Below, one piece after another: positions 29,798 to 39,194 of a stretch of 64,000 nt of DNA. The stretch covers positions 775-64,774 of the forward strand of contig CALVLC010000047.1 of NCBI GenBank assembly GCA_944336335.1, in the 5' to 3' direction. Numbering within the stretch: position 1 is the stretch's first letter; the number at the start of each line of letters is the position of its first letter. A program made the translations under genes and the position numbers. Source of the stretch: an uncultured Bacilli bacterium (GTDB taxonomy: Bacteria; Bacillota_I; Bacilli_A; RFN20; CAG-826). Below the pieces are notes generated by a model. The model was given only the letters and a program-made list of their open reading frames with translations. It was not told the DNA's origin and made no database searches.

Positions 29798-31537
29798 ATG
29801 CATATTAATATTTTAGAAGGCTTAAGTACTGAGCTTATTATTGGAGTAGTTGTTTCTTGCGTTTTCGCTTTATTTTTATTGATACTTGTTGGCTATTTAG
29901 CTTTGAGTAAATTTTATTTAAATAAGAAGAAATGTCGAAAGCAACTTGATATTTATCAATCTAAATACGAATATCTTCATGCTTTACTTACTGGACAAGA
30001 TAATTCATATATTCAAAGACTTGAAATAATAAGTCGTACTAATCTTTTATATAGTGATATTCATGCAAGTTATTTTAAAAGAAGCAAAGAAATAAAAGAT
30101 ACTATCGATCAAAAATATCAAGATATTCTTTTCCAACTTCAAAATTATTTAGATGAAAACAAAACCCGTGAATTTAAATATTATTTAAAAGATAATTTGT
30201 CAATCTTAAAACAATATGAAGATGCAGTTAACTCATTAAATAATGATTTAGTAAATGTTATTAAACCAGAAGAGGACGCACGTCAATTATCTTTGAATGA
30301 AAAAGAAAAATTGAGAGATGTGAAATCTAAATTTAATTTTAATGAAAACGAGTTAACGTTTGCAGCATCATCTTTCCAACAAGTTTTTGCTAAAATTGAT
30401 CGAAAATTTAATGATTTTGATGATTTAGTTGAAAATGCAAATTATGATGATGCAAAAGCAATCATTCCTGAAGTTGATAAAGTTTTAGATTTATTAGATC
30501 GTTTAATTGATGAAATTCCACCTCTTGTTAAGGAAGTAAACGATAATATTCCTGAAAAAGTTACAAAATTAACTAATGAATATGAAAAACTTTTAAAAGA
30601 AGGTAAGCCTTTAGCTCATCTTCAAGTTGAATATTTGGTTAGTCAAATTAATGATGCTCTTGATACAGAAAGAAGTAATATCAAAAACTTAGCAATTTCT
30701 CATATCAAAGAAGAAACAGAAGAAATTAATAAAGTAATTGATGAACTTTTTGAAAAATTCAAAGAAGAAAGTGATGCATTTAATGAATTCAGTGAGAAAA
30801 AAGATTTAATTATTAATGAATTTTTGAATTACGATAAAGAATTAATAAAGATTAACAACAATATCACTCGTTTTAAAAAGATTTATATTATTGATAACGA
30901 TCATACAAATGAACTTACAAACATTCGTATCAAAGTTGAAGAAGTTAGCAAGAATAAACGTATGCTCGATCAATATATGAGAAATATCGAACCATGTCCT
31001 TATACTAAACTTTTAGAAAAATTAAGACTTGTCGAAGCTGGTACAAGAGAAATTAGTGATCGTATTAATTCATATAATGATTATTTAATTTCTTTAAAAA
31101 CTGATAGTGAAACAGCTTTTAAAAATATTCGTACTAAATATGATTTGCTTAAAGAACATGAAAAGATTATTCGTGATTTTAAAGTAGAAAAATATAATGA
31201 CTTCTTTAAGGACCGTTTTGATGATTGTTATGCATTAATTGATGATATTTCTAAATTATTAGGAAAAGTTCCAATCGATGTTAATCAAGTTAATCAATAT
31301 CAAAGAGAATTAAATGATAAAACAAATAATCTTGTAAAAGAGATTCAAGATTTAGATAATTATAAACGTTTGGCTAGCGAAGATATTCTTTTAGTTAATC
31401 GTGATCGTATGAAATTTGCTGAAATTAACAATATTATCTCACAAGCTGAAACATTATATTTAAATGGAGACTTTAAGAGTGCTTATGATATGGGTGAACA
31501 AGCACTCGAAAAATTAAATTTTAGGGATAAGCAATGA
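29798..31537 (+). CDS. ezrA: Septation ring formation regulator EzrA-like protein
   Basis: A single N-terminal TM helix (LIIGVVVSCVFALFLLILVGYLAL) is followed by about 540 aa of K/E/D-rich coiled-coil. Length is 579 aa. The rpsD / ezrA / cysteine desulfurase / thiI neighbourhood matches Bacillus. Confidence 0.7.
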   Translation: MHINILEGLSTELIIGVVVSCVFALFLLILVGYLALSKFYLNKKKCRKQLDIYQSKYEYLHALLTGQDNSYIQRLEIISRTNLLYSDIHASYFKRSKEIKDTIDQKYQDILFQLQNYLDENKTREFKYYLKDNLSILKQYEDAVNSLNNDLVNVIKPEEDARQLSLNEKEKLRDVKSKFNFNENELTFAASSFQQVFAKIDRKFNDFDDLVENANYDDAKAIIPEVDKVLDLLDRLIDEIPPLVKEVNDNIPEKVTKLTNEYEKLLKEGKPLAHLQVEYLVSQINDALDTERSNIKNLAISHIKEETEEINKVIDELFEKFKEESDAFNEFSEKKDLIINEFLNYDKELIKINNNITRFKKIYIIDNDHTNELTNIRIKVEEVSKNKRMLDQYMRNIEPCPYTKLLEKLRLVEAGTREISDRINSYNDYLISLKTDSETAFKNIRTKYDLLKEHEKIIRDFKVEKYNDFFKDRFDDCYALIDDISKLLGKVPIDVNQVNQYQRELNDKTNNLVKEIQDLDNYKRLASEDILLVNRDRMKFAEINNIISQAETLYLNGDFKSAYDMGEQALEKLNFRDKQ

Positions 31538-32664
31538 TATATTTTGATAACGCAAGTTCAACAAGACCAACCGATGAATGTCTTGAAGCATTTTTAAGTG
31601 CTTCTAAAGACAATTTTTATAATCCAAGTTCAATTCATGCTCCAGCAATGAAACTTTTTAACGATATCAATCGTATAAAAGAGAATTTTTTAAAACAACT
31701 TAAATTGGATAATTCTTATGAAGTTATTTTTACAAGCGGAGCAAGCGAATCAAATAATTTGGCCATTATTGGATACGCTTTAAAAAATCGAGGACGTGGA
31801 AATAAATTAATTACAACAAAGATAGAACATGAAAGCGTTTTAGAAGTTTTTAAATATTTAGAAACGCAAGGATTTGAAGTAACTTACTTGAATATTAATG
31901 AAAAAGGGAAAATTGATTTAGAAGAATTCAAAAACGCAATCGATAATAAAACTATCCTTGTTTCAATAATGGGTGTAAATAACGAAGTTGGCAACGTATT
32001 AAATATAAAAGAGATTAGAGAAGTTATTAAAAATTATCCTAAATGTGTTTTACATTCTGACCTTGCTCAAACACTTGGGAAAGAGAAATTTGATTATTCT
32101 CTTGTAGATATGTTTACAATAAGTGCGCATAAAATTTATGGAATAAAAGGAATCGGAGCGCTTGTTAAGAAAAAGAAAATTATGCTTAATCCAGTAATTT
32201 ATGGCGGTGGTCAAGAGAATGGATTAAGAAGTGGAACTTATGATTATCCAGCGATCGTTTCTTTCAATGTTTCGCTTAATTATATAACTAAGAATTTTGA
32301 TACTTTTTACAAAAAAACAAGAGATTTGCAAGCTTTTTTAATTAATTACCTTAAAAATATTGATGAAATTTGTATTAATAATTTTCAAAATAATTCATCG
32401 CCATATATAGTAAATTTTTCTTTAAAAAGTAAAAAAGCTAGCGTAGTCGTCGAAGCTTTATCAAATAAAGAAATTTATGTTTCAAGTGTCTCGGCGTGTA
32501 ACTCTAAAAAAGAAGGCGCATCTTATGTCTTAGAAGCAATTGGAAAATCAACTCGTGAAGCTAGCAATTCGATTCGAATATCTTTAGGTAAAGATAACAC
32601 TCTTGAAGAGTGCAAAATATTTATTGAAACTTTAAAAGGAATTTTAACTAATGTAAGAGGATAG
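31534..32664 (+). CDS. Cysteine desulfurase (class V aminotransferase, NifZ/IscS-type, ThiI partner)
   Basis: PLP-lysine motif SAHKIYGIKGIGAL, active-site Cys loop SSVSACNS, a 4-nt overlap with ezrA, and a position directly upstream of thiI. Confidence 0.9.
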   Translation: MIYFDNASSTRPTDECLEAFLSASKDNFYNPSSIHAPAMKLFNDINRIKENFLKQLKLDNSYEVIFTSGASESNNLAIIGYALKNRGRGNKLITTKIEHESVLEVFKYLETQGFEVTYLNINEKGKIDLEEFKNAIDNKTILVSIMGVNNEVGNVLNIKEIREVIKNYPKCVLHSDLAQTLGKEKFDYSLVDMFTISAHKIYGIKGIGALVKKKKIMLNPVIYGGGQENGLRSGTYDYPAIVSFNVSLNYITKNFDTFYKKTRDLQAFLINYLKNIDEICINNFQNNSSPYIVNFSLKSKKASVVVEALSNKEIYVSSVSACNSKKEGASYVLEAIGKSTREASNSIRISLGKDNTLEECKIFIETLKGILTNVRG

Positions 32665-32667
32665 AAT

Positions 32668-33828
32668 ATGAAATATAATACGATTATTGTTCGATTTGGC
32701 GAAATGTCAACGAAAGGCAAAAATAAAAGAGATTTTATAAATTCATTAGCAAGATCGATTAGACATAGTTTAAAAGAAAACGAAAATGATTATGAAATGA
32801 TTATTCGTCATGATCATATTTATTTAAATCTTAAAAATGAAATTGATGATTTGGTGAACAAATTAAAGGATATATCTGGGATGTATTCTTTTTCACTGGC
32901 ATTAAAAATTGATCAAGATTTAGATAATATTTTGGATACTTCGTTAGAAATTCTTAAAAATGAAGAAGGCAACACATTTAAAATTAGAACGAAAAGAATC
33001 GATAAATCTTATCCTTTTATAAGTGATGAAATTAATCGTAAAGTTGCAACTCTTGTTTTAAGAAATACTGATAAAAAGGTTGATGTACATAATCCAGACA
33101 CTTTGCTAGATATTGAAATTAGAGAAGATGGTGCTTATTTATTTACAGAAACTGTTAAAGGAATGGGTGGTTATCCAAGCGGAACTATTGGTAAATCTTT
33201 AGTTATGTTAAGTGGTGGAATAGATTCTCCAGTTGCAGCTTATCTTTTACTAAAAAGAGGAGTTGATATTACTTGTATTCATTATGCTTCTCCACCTTAT
33301 ACAAATAGTGGAGTTATTGATAAACTTGAAGACATTCTACATAAACTTACAAAGTATCAAACAAAAATCAAACTTTATGTAATTCCTTTCACTAAAATTC
33401 AAGAAAAAATATATGAAGTTTCACCTGAAGGCTATCCAATTACCATCATGAGAAGAATGATGTATCGTTTAGCCAGTAGACTTGCAAAAAGATTAAAAAT
33501 TAATTGTTTAGCAAATGGTGAAAGTATCGGGCAAGTTGCTTCTCAAACAATTGATTCTTTAAACGTTATTAATGAAGTTACAAACATGCCAGTTTTAAGA
33601 CCGCTTTGTACTTATGATAAAGTTGATATTATCAAAATCAGTGAACAAATCGGAACTTATGATATCTCAATTAGACCATATGAAGATTGTTGTACAATTT
33701 TTGCCCCAGTACGACCAAAAACTTCTCCAAAACTTGAAGAGTGTTATGAAATTGAAAAGAAATTTGACTTTGAACCTCTTCTTGAAGAAGCTTTAAAGAA
33801 TGCTGAACTTAAAATTATAAAAGATTAA
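32668..33828 (+). CDS. thiI: tRNA 4-thiouridine(8) synthase ThiI
   Basis: Ferredoxin-like and THUMP N-terminal region, PP-loop motif LSGGIDSPVAAYLL, length 386 aa. Confidence 0.9.
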   Translation: MKYNTIIVRFGEMSTKGKNKRDFINSLARSIRHSLKENENDYEMIIRHDHIYLNLKNEIDDLVNKLKDISGMYSFSLALKIDQDLDNILDTSLEILKNEEGNTFKIRTKRIDKSYPFISDEINRKVATLVLRNTDKKVDVHNPDTLLDIEIREDGAYLFTETVKGMGGYPSGTIGKSLVMLSGGIDSPVAAYLLLKRGVDITCIHYASPPYTNSGVIDKLEDILHKLTKYQTKIKLYVIPFTKIQEKIYEVSPEGYPITIMRRMMYRLASRLAKRLKINCLANGESIGQVASQTIDSLNVINEVTNMPVLRPLCTYDKVDIIKISEQIGTYDISIRPYEDCCTIFAPVRPKTSPKLEECYEIEKKFDFEPLLEEALKNAELKIIKD

Positions 33829-33851
33829 TTTTGTTATATTGAGGTAAAAAT

Positions 33852-33894
33852 ATAGGAGTTTTGCGCGGTTTTTGCTCATAACTCCTATTTTTTA
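33852..33894 (+). terminator. Putative terminator after thiI
   Basis: 9-bp stem ATAGGAGTT / AACTCCTAT (33852-33860 / 33880-33888) followed by a T6 run. The 19-nt loop is large. It overlaps the stop of the convergent gene. Confidence 0.45.
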
Positions 33895-34355
33895 TTGAAG
33901 ACATGAAGGAGTTTATTTTTGTTGTGTTTTTCAATTAGTATATTGGAAAGTGTTAATCCTGCAATTATTGCTGCAAAAAGTGAGAAGAAAAAGGTACCTC
34001 CTTGGATACCTCCAATAACAATATTACGTCCTATTGTGTAAATATTAGCTTCAGCAAACAATAATAAAACAAAGATTATTATTGATATAGAAGTAATTAA
34101 AAGAGATAAATTTAGAGGATTGCTCTTTTTAGGAATTATTAAACAAGCAATAGGAAGGATAAAGTTTGTAACGGATAAAATAATAATAATTAATGGCGTA
34201 AAAAATGTTGTTCCTACTAACATTGAGATACTCTCAAAACAATTATATGTTTGATAAACAGAAATAGTAATTGCGCTATTTAAAGAGGTGTCGGCTGTAA
34301 TCATTGGTGCAAAAAGTTTACAAAAAGCAATAAAAGATAAAAATACGGTAATCAT
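33885..34355 (-). CDS. Hypothetical small membrane protein
   Basis: 156 aa with 4-5 hydrophobic spans. It lies downstream of the decayed XRE gene, mirroring the intact XRE-TM fusion at 46252. Confidence 0.55.
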   Translation of the reverse strand: MITVFLSFIAFCKLFAPMITADTSLNSAITISVYQTYNCFESISMLVGTTFFTPLIIIILSVTNFILPIACLIIPKKSNPLNLSLLITSISIIIFVLLLFAEANIYTIGRNIVIGGIQGGTFFFSLFAAIIAGLTLSNILIEKHNKNKLLHVFNKK

Positions 34356-34415
34356 TGTTATGATGCTTGTTGTAGTTAATGCAAAGTTTCTTTTTTCTTT
34401 AGTAGTGGCCTAGTG

Positions 34416-34686
34416 TTATTCTGAAGTTTGAGGTGAATTATTTGAAGCTGAATTTACTTGCGGTAAAGAATTAGGCTTATCTTCAAGAATTTTATCGTCT
34501 AGCAAATAATCAATAGAGCAGTCAAATGTTTGACTTATTCTAATTACTTTTCAGTTTCTGGATAAGAAATGTTGCTCTTCCATTTTGAAAAAGGACTGAC
34601 GAGAAACTTTTAATAAACTCGCAAGTTAATCCTGAGCTAAATTATTTTCTTTTCTTAGTTTTGCAATTTTATCTCCGGTTTTCATT
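34416..34686 (-). pseudogene. Decayed XRE-family HTH regulator gene
   Basis: The minus strand reads MKTGDKIAKLRKENNLAQD*LASLLKVSRQS..., with an in-frame TAA at 34629-34627. A +1 shift in the T5 run (plus-strand 34588-34592) and a -1 shift in the A run (plus-strand 34548-51) are needed to recover SFSKWKSNISYPETEKVIRISQTFDCSIDYLLDD. RBS AAGGAGAAAACC is present. Confidence 0.65.
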
Positions 34687-34792
34687 TTGGTTTTCTCCTT
34701 CAAACTTTGTTTAAATTGCAGTTCTTTTCTTGCTTTACATACAAGTTAGTTCAAGGTTAGTTTTGTAAATTTTTGGTTGTGTTATATTAATA

Positions 34793-34840
34793 TTAGTTGC
34801 TTTTTAGTGAAAATTTAGTGTTACTAGTAGATTTCTAGTA
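34793..34840. repeat. Array C: phased (T/C)TAGT(A/G/T) hexamers
   Basis: Hexamers at 34793 (TTAGTT), 34804 and 34815 (TTAGTG), 34824 and 34835 (CTAGTA), spaced 11, 11, 9 and 11 bp. The 22-bp unit CTAGTAGATTTCTAGTAGAAAA matches array B at about 17/22. Two more TTAGTT copies sit 11 bp apart at 34746 and 34757. Confidence 0.55.
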
Positions 34841-34851
34841 GAAAAATATAT

Positions 34852-34880
34852 TAAAAAAATCGCTCCCGATAAAGGAAGCG
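34852..34880 (-). terminator. Terminator of the ferritin gene
   Basis: On the minus strand: CGCTTCC-TTTATC-GGGAGCG (7-bp stem with one G.U pair) followed by ATTTTTTT. Confidence 0.55.
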
Positions 34881-34896
34881 ATTTCGTTAGTTTTAA

Positions 34897-35388
34897 TTAC
34901 TTTCTTCTTGCACCAAGCTTTTCACTTAACTCAAATACACCTTTAGTGTCAATTGCAAAGAGTTCAAATTCTTTAAGAAGATCTTGAGCAGTTTTTTCTT
35001 CTTCAGCTTGTTCAGTTATGAACCAATTTAAGAAATTGACTGAACGATAATCTTTTGCTTCAATAGCAGCAGCATAGATGTCATTAATTAATGAAGTAAC
35101 ATATTTCTCGTGATTAAGTTGAAGAACAAGTGGGTCTTTAAAAGTTTTAAAAGCTGCTTTATAGACATCAATTGTTTCTAAAGTTACTTTTTCATCATTG
35201 TCATGGAGATATTCCATGAATTTTTCAGCGTGTTCGCTTTCCTCTTCGGCTTGCTTTTTAAACCACGATGCAAAGCCATTTAATCCTTCTTCGGCGTAGT
35301 AATTCGAAATTACTAAATATAAATAAGACGAATACAATTCTTTGTTAATTTGATTAACCATTAATTTTGATACTTTTTTATCTAACAT
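34897..35388 (-). CDS. ftn: Non-haem ferritin
   Basis: 163 aa with ferroxidase-centre ligand pattern (ELYSSYLYL, EEESEHAEKFMEYL, LNHEKYV, EQAEEE). RBS AAAGGAGAT. Confidence 0.9.
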   Translation of the reverse strand: MLDKKVSKLMVNQINKELYSSYLYLVISNYYAEEGLNGFASWFKKQAEEESEHAEKFMEYLHDNDEKVTLETIDVYKAAFKTFKDPLVLQLNHEKYVTSLINDIYAAAIEAKDYRSVNFLNWFITEQAEEEKTAQDLLKEFELFAIDTKGVFELSEKLGARRK

Positions 35389-35648
35389 TAATCTTATCTC
35401 CTTTATTAATATTTCTATTTTAATGTTTAATGCGGTTAAATGCTATTTAGATGCTTAATAAAGATATTATTGAGTGATTTTAAATAAAACAAACTTAAAA
35501 ATGTAAAAAAGACTATCGTAATAATTTTAAAGTGGTAAAATACTTCCGATTTAAAAAGGCACATTAAAATTAATGCTAGATTAAATGCTTAAACAGGTCC
35601 AAAATTAGTAGTCTAAAAATCTTAAAGTGAGGTTTTGAGGTAAAGATT

Positions 35649-37133
35649 ATGGCTAATCAAACTAAAGGAAATATACTTGATAAAATTAGAAAAATTTTTG
35701 CTTTCCAAGACTTAACATCAGGAAGGCCATTTAAAGTAATTCTTCTTTTTGCTCTTCCAATTTTATTATCAAATCTTCTTGGATCGAGTATTGGTTTAAT
35801 AAATAGTTTGGTTTTAAAAACAACTGTTGGTACAACGAGTGTTGTCGCTATGAATCAAACAAATTCTATAAATTCACTTTTGTTTCAATTAGGATTTGGT
35901 GCTTCAAGCGGCTTTGCAATAATAGGTTCTCAAAGATATGGTGCAAAAGATGAAGAAGGGCTTAAAAAGGCGTTCAATATTTCTATTTTTCTTTGTGTAA
36001 TTTTAGCGATTTTAATTAGCACGGCTGGATTTATTTTTCTAGATCCATTACTTGATTTCTTAAATGTCGATGCTGCATTTTATGATAGAAGTAAAATTTA
36101 TTTAATAATGCTTCTTTCAGGTTTTATTTTAACTTTATTGAATAATCTTGTTGGAAATTATTTAAGAGCTTTAGGAAATTCTTCATTTCCTCTTCTTGTA
36201 AGTTTTGGAGGAGCAGTTTTAAATATACTTTTTGTTTATTTATTAACTGCGCAAAACCTGGCTAATTTAGATACTTTAGGTTGTGGTATTGCAAATATAT
36301 TAATGAATTTAATTTCAATTTTATGTAACTACCTTTACTTAGTTAAGAAACATAAATTTTTAAGATTTAGTCTTTCATCTTTAAAAGGCGATAAGAAAAC
36401 ATATCTTGATTTATTGAAACTTGGTTTACCACTTGGCTTTCAATGGTCAATTCTTTTTATTGGATCATTTGTTCAAAATAGTCAGATCAATATCTATGGA
36501 CCAGATGCAAGTAGCGCGATGACTTGTTATTCACAGTTTGAAAGTTATTTAACTATTGTTTTTAGTGTTTTAGCTAGTGCTCTTTTAACTTATGTTGGTC
36601 AAAATTATGGCGCTAAAAAATACAAAAGAGTAAGAAAAGGTATTTTAGAATGTTCTGCTTTAGCATTTGTTTTCTATTTAATTTTATTGGTTGTCGGTTT
36701 TTCATCAGCAAAATATGTTCCTTATATCTTTTTAAATGCTGAAGATGTTAATGACAAGATAGTTTATTACACATCATCTTATTTGTATGTATTAACTCCT
36801 TCTTTAATTCTTCAAGGAATCTTAATGATTTCTAGAAGTTCCTTACAAGGTATTAATAAACCACTTATTCCTTTTATAAGTGGAGTTGGCGAATTAGCGG
36901 CAAGAATTTTAGTTAGTTTATTTGTCCCATATTTAATTGATAATAATTATCAAATAACGCATTCAAATGCCAGTTTCCTAGGTCTTTGTTTTTCAAACAC
37001 TTCGGCTTGGCTTGTGAGTTTTTTACTTATGGGAACGGCAACTATCGTGACAATCATTCTTAATAAAAAATTCAAGTATGATGAAGTAGTTGATATAAAT
37101 AACTGCCAAGAGAAAAAAGAAGAAAATATTTAG
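35649..37133 (+). CDS. MATE-family efflux transporter
   Basis: 494 aa with 12 predicted TM spans. The N-terminus is typical of MATE proteins (PFKVILLFALPILLSNLLGSSIGLINSLVL). Confidence 0.85.
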   Translation: MANQTKGNILDKIRKIFAFQDLTSGRPFKVILLFALPILLSNLLGSSIGLINSLVLKTTVGTTSVVAMNQTNSINSLLFQLGFGASSGFAIIGSQRYGAKDEEGLKKAFNISIFLCVILAILISTAGFIFLDPLLDFLNVDAAFYDRSKIYLIMLLSGFILTLLNNLVGNYLRALGNSSFPLLVSFGGAVLNILFVYLLTAQNLANLDTLGCGIANILMNLISILCNYLYLVKKHKFLRFSLSSLKGDKKTYLDLLKLGLPLGFQWSILFIGSFVQNSQINIYGPDASSAMTCYSQFESYLTIVFSVLASALLTYVGQNYGAKKYKRVRKGILECSALAFVFYLILLVVGFSSAKYVPYIFLNAEDVNDKIVYYTSSYLYVLTPSLILQGILMISRSSLQGINKPLIPFISGVGELAARILVSLFVPYLIDNNYQITHSNASFLGLCFSNTSAWLVSFLLMGTATIVTIILNKKFKYDEVVDINNCQEKKEENI

Positions 37134-37259
37134 GTATTGCAATGTTTTTGCTTTAATTTAATTGTTTTTTTCTTAAAATATATCTATTAAATTTCTATAT
37201 ATTTAGTAAAATATTAATTAACTCTCACTTTAAATAGTGCTGTCAAGGAGGCTAATAAA

Positions 37260-37877
37260 ATGACTGAATATGAAAAAATGTGCATTGGTAAAATTTATGA
37301 TCCAAATGATGCTTATCTAATTGAACTTAAATTTAAAGCACATCGACTCAATATTGAATACAATAGAACTTTAGATGAAGAAAGCGAAAAAAGAGAAAAG
37401 ATATTAGATGAGTTACTTCCAAATAGAAAAGAAGGCACATATTTACAAGGGCCAGTTTATTTTGATTATGGTATTAATACAAGCGTTGGAAAGAACTTTT
37501 ATGCCAATTTTAATTTTACTTGTGTTGATTGTGCAAAAGTTACCATTGGGGATAATGTCTTTTTAGGACCTAATGTATCAATTCTTACTCCAATGCATCC
37601 ATTTCTACCTGAAGAAAGAAATCCATATATAAGAGAAGATGGAGACCAAACTGATAAAGAATATGCAAAGCCTATTAAAATTTGCGATAACACATGGATA
37701 TGCGGCAATGTAACAATTATTGGTGGCGTCACAATAGGTGAAGGCTGTGTAATTGGTGCTGGAAGTGTCGTCACAAGAGATATTCCTCCACATTATTTAG
37801 CTGTTGGAAATCCGTGTAGAGTTATCAGAGAAATTAGCGAAAAAGATTCCATCAAATATAAAAAAGAATTGTTCTAG
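37260..37877 (+). CDS. maa: Sugar (maltose/galactoside) O-acetyltransferase, left-handed beta-helix family
   Basis: Mac-type N-terminal domain (MTEYEKMCIGKIYDPNDAYLIELKFKAHRL) and hexapeptide repeats (ICGNVTIIGGVTIGEGCVIGAGSVVTRDIPPHYLAVGNPCRVIR). RBS AAGGAGG. Confidence 0.85.
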   Translation: MTEYEKMCIGKIYDPNDAYLIELKFKAHRLNIEYNRTLDEESEKREKILDELLPNRKEGTYLQGPVYFDYGINTSVGKNFYANFNFTCVDCAKVTIGDNVFLGPNVSILTPMHPFLPEERNPYIREDGDQTDKEYAKPIKICDNTWICGNVTIIGGVTIGEGCVIGAGSVVTRDIPPHYLAVGNPCRVIREISEKDSIKYKKELF

Positions 37878-38456
37878 CTAATTTGAATATCTTTAAATAT
37901 GTCAAAAAATTCACAAATGCATGTATCTTGAATGAATTTACTATCAAAAATTGTCTTTATTAGTGGATTTGCTTAATTAAGAAATAAGCAAACGAAAGAG
38001 GAGGAGTGATACTGAGCCTTATACTTATGAAAGAACTCTATATGTGAATCATATTAGAACTGTAGAAAGAGCAGTCGCTAACTATTCAACAAGTGCGAAA
38101 AAATTAATTGAGATGAGATATCTTGGGGCAAAAATTTCTTTGGCAAAATTGCCTCAAAGAGTAAAAGAATAGTTGTTTAAAACTAATTTACAATTTTGAG
38201 AAAAAATTTCAGAAAGAAGTTTATTGTGCTTAATATCGATTTAATAATTAATCTTTAAGTAACAATTTTCATTAGTTTTTGGCAAAATGAGATAAAACTT
38301 TTTAAGAAAAAATATTTACTATTGAGAAATTATTCAATTTGTTTGTTTCAAACGAAAGTAATTAATTTTCATTAAAAAAAGACAAAAATGATTAATTTAT
38401 GGATGTTGTGATACTTCAATTTTTTAAAAATATTTTAGTATGACATATAAGTGTAA

Positions 38457-39194
38457 TTGATTTTTAAGTTTTGTTTAATTAATATTGATTATATGTTTGG
38501 GGAAACAAAAGTAAAAAAGTTCGACTATATCGATAAAATTGAAAAAGTATTCACTTATAAAAATGAAAAAATTAGATTCAATGATGGTTTAATTTTGGCT
38601 TTAACTACTTCAGATGCTATCGATAATCAAGAAAAAACTTATTTGACAATGGATGATGACATTGTCGATGTATTCAGATCATTAAAAAATGGTAGTGAAA
38701 AAGCTTTCAATATTTTCTACTTTAAGACATACAAAAGTGTTTATTATAAATTGCTTTCCTATGTTAAAAACCCTGATTACGCCAACGACCTTTCTCAAGA
38801 AGTTTATATTGAGTTTTATCGCAGTGCTAAACGTGTTAGAGAAGACAAATCATGTATTACTTTTCTATTTACAATTGCCCGTAACATTGCTCTTAACTAC
38901 ATCAAGTCTAGAAAAGAAGATTTAGAATATGATGATGCCATCAATTCAACTGGTGATAGTAGAGAGCAAAAAATTGACGTAAACATTATCTTTGCTGTTT
39001 TATTGAATGATATCAAAGTTAAAGAAGAAGATTGTGATATTCTTTTACTTCATGTTATTCAAGGCTATTCGTTTAATGAAATTGCCGCAATGTATAATGC
39101 GAACTTAAACACAATTATTACGAAATACAATCGTACGATTAAAAAACTTCAAAATTACTTTATCGAGAAAGGAGAGTCTTTAGATGCAATTTGA
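38457..39194 (+). CDS. ECF-type (sigma-70 family) RNA polymerase sigma factor
   Basis: Region 2: FNIFYFKTYKSVYYKLLSYVKNPDYANDLSQEVYIEFYRS...FLFTIARNIALNYIKS. Region 4: LLLHVIQGYSFNEIAAMYNANLNTIITKYNRTIKKLQ. The start is uncertain. The track start is a TTG, and internal ATGs at 38493 or 38649 would give a more typical length of about 181 aa. Confidence 0.75.
   Translation: MIFKFCLINIDYMFGETKVKKFDYIDKIEKVFTYKNEKIRFNDGLILALTTSDAIDNQEKTYLTMDDDIVDVFRSLKNGSEKAFNIFYFKTYKSVYYKLLSYVKNPDYANDLSQEVYIEFYRSAKRVREDKSCITFLFTIARNIALNYIKSRKEDLEYDDAINSTGDSREQKIDVNIIFAVLLNDIKVKEEDCDILLLHVIQGYSFNEIAAMYNANLNTIITKYNRTIKKLQNYFIEKGESLDAI

Noticed and set aside
37981-38172. Start-less 64-codon open frame (EISKRKRRSDTEPYTYERTLYVNHIRTVERAVANYSTSAKKLIEMRYLGAKISLAKLPQRVKE) resembling the C-terminal, region-4-like part of phage ArpU/RinA-type regulators
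   Set aside because: It has no start codon or RBS, and the similarity is judged only by eye. It is probably a gene remnant and is too weak to annotate. Together with the RhuM relic it is not enough to call a prophage.
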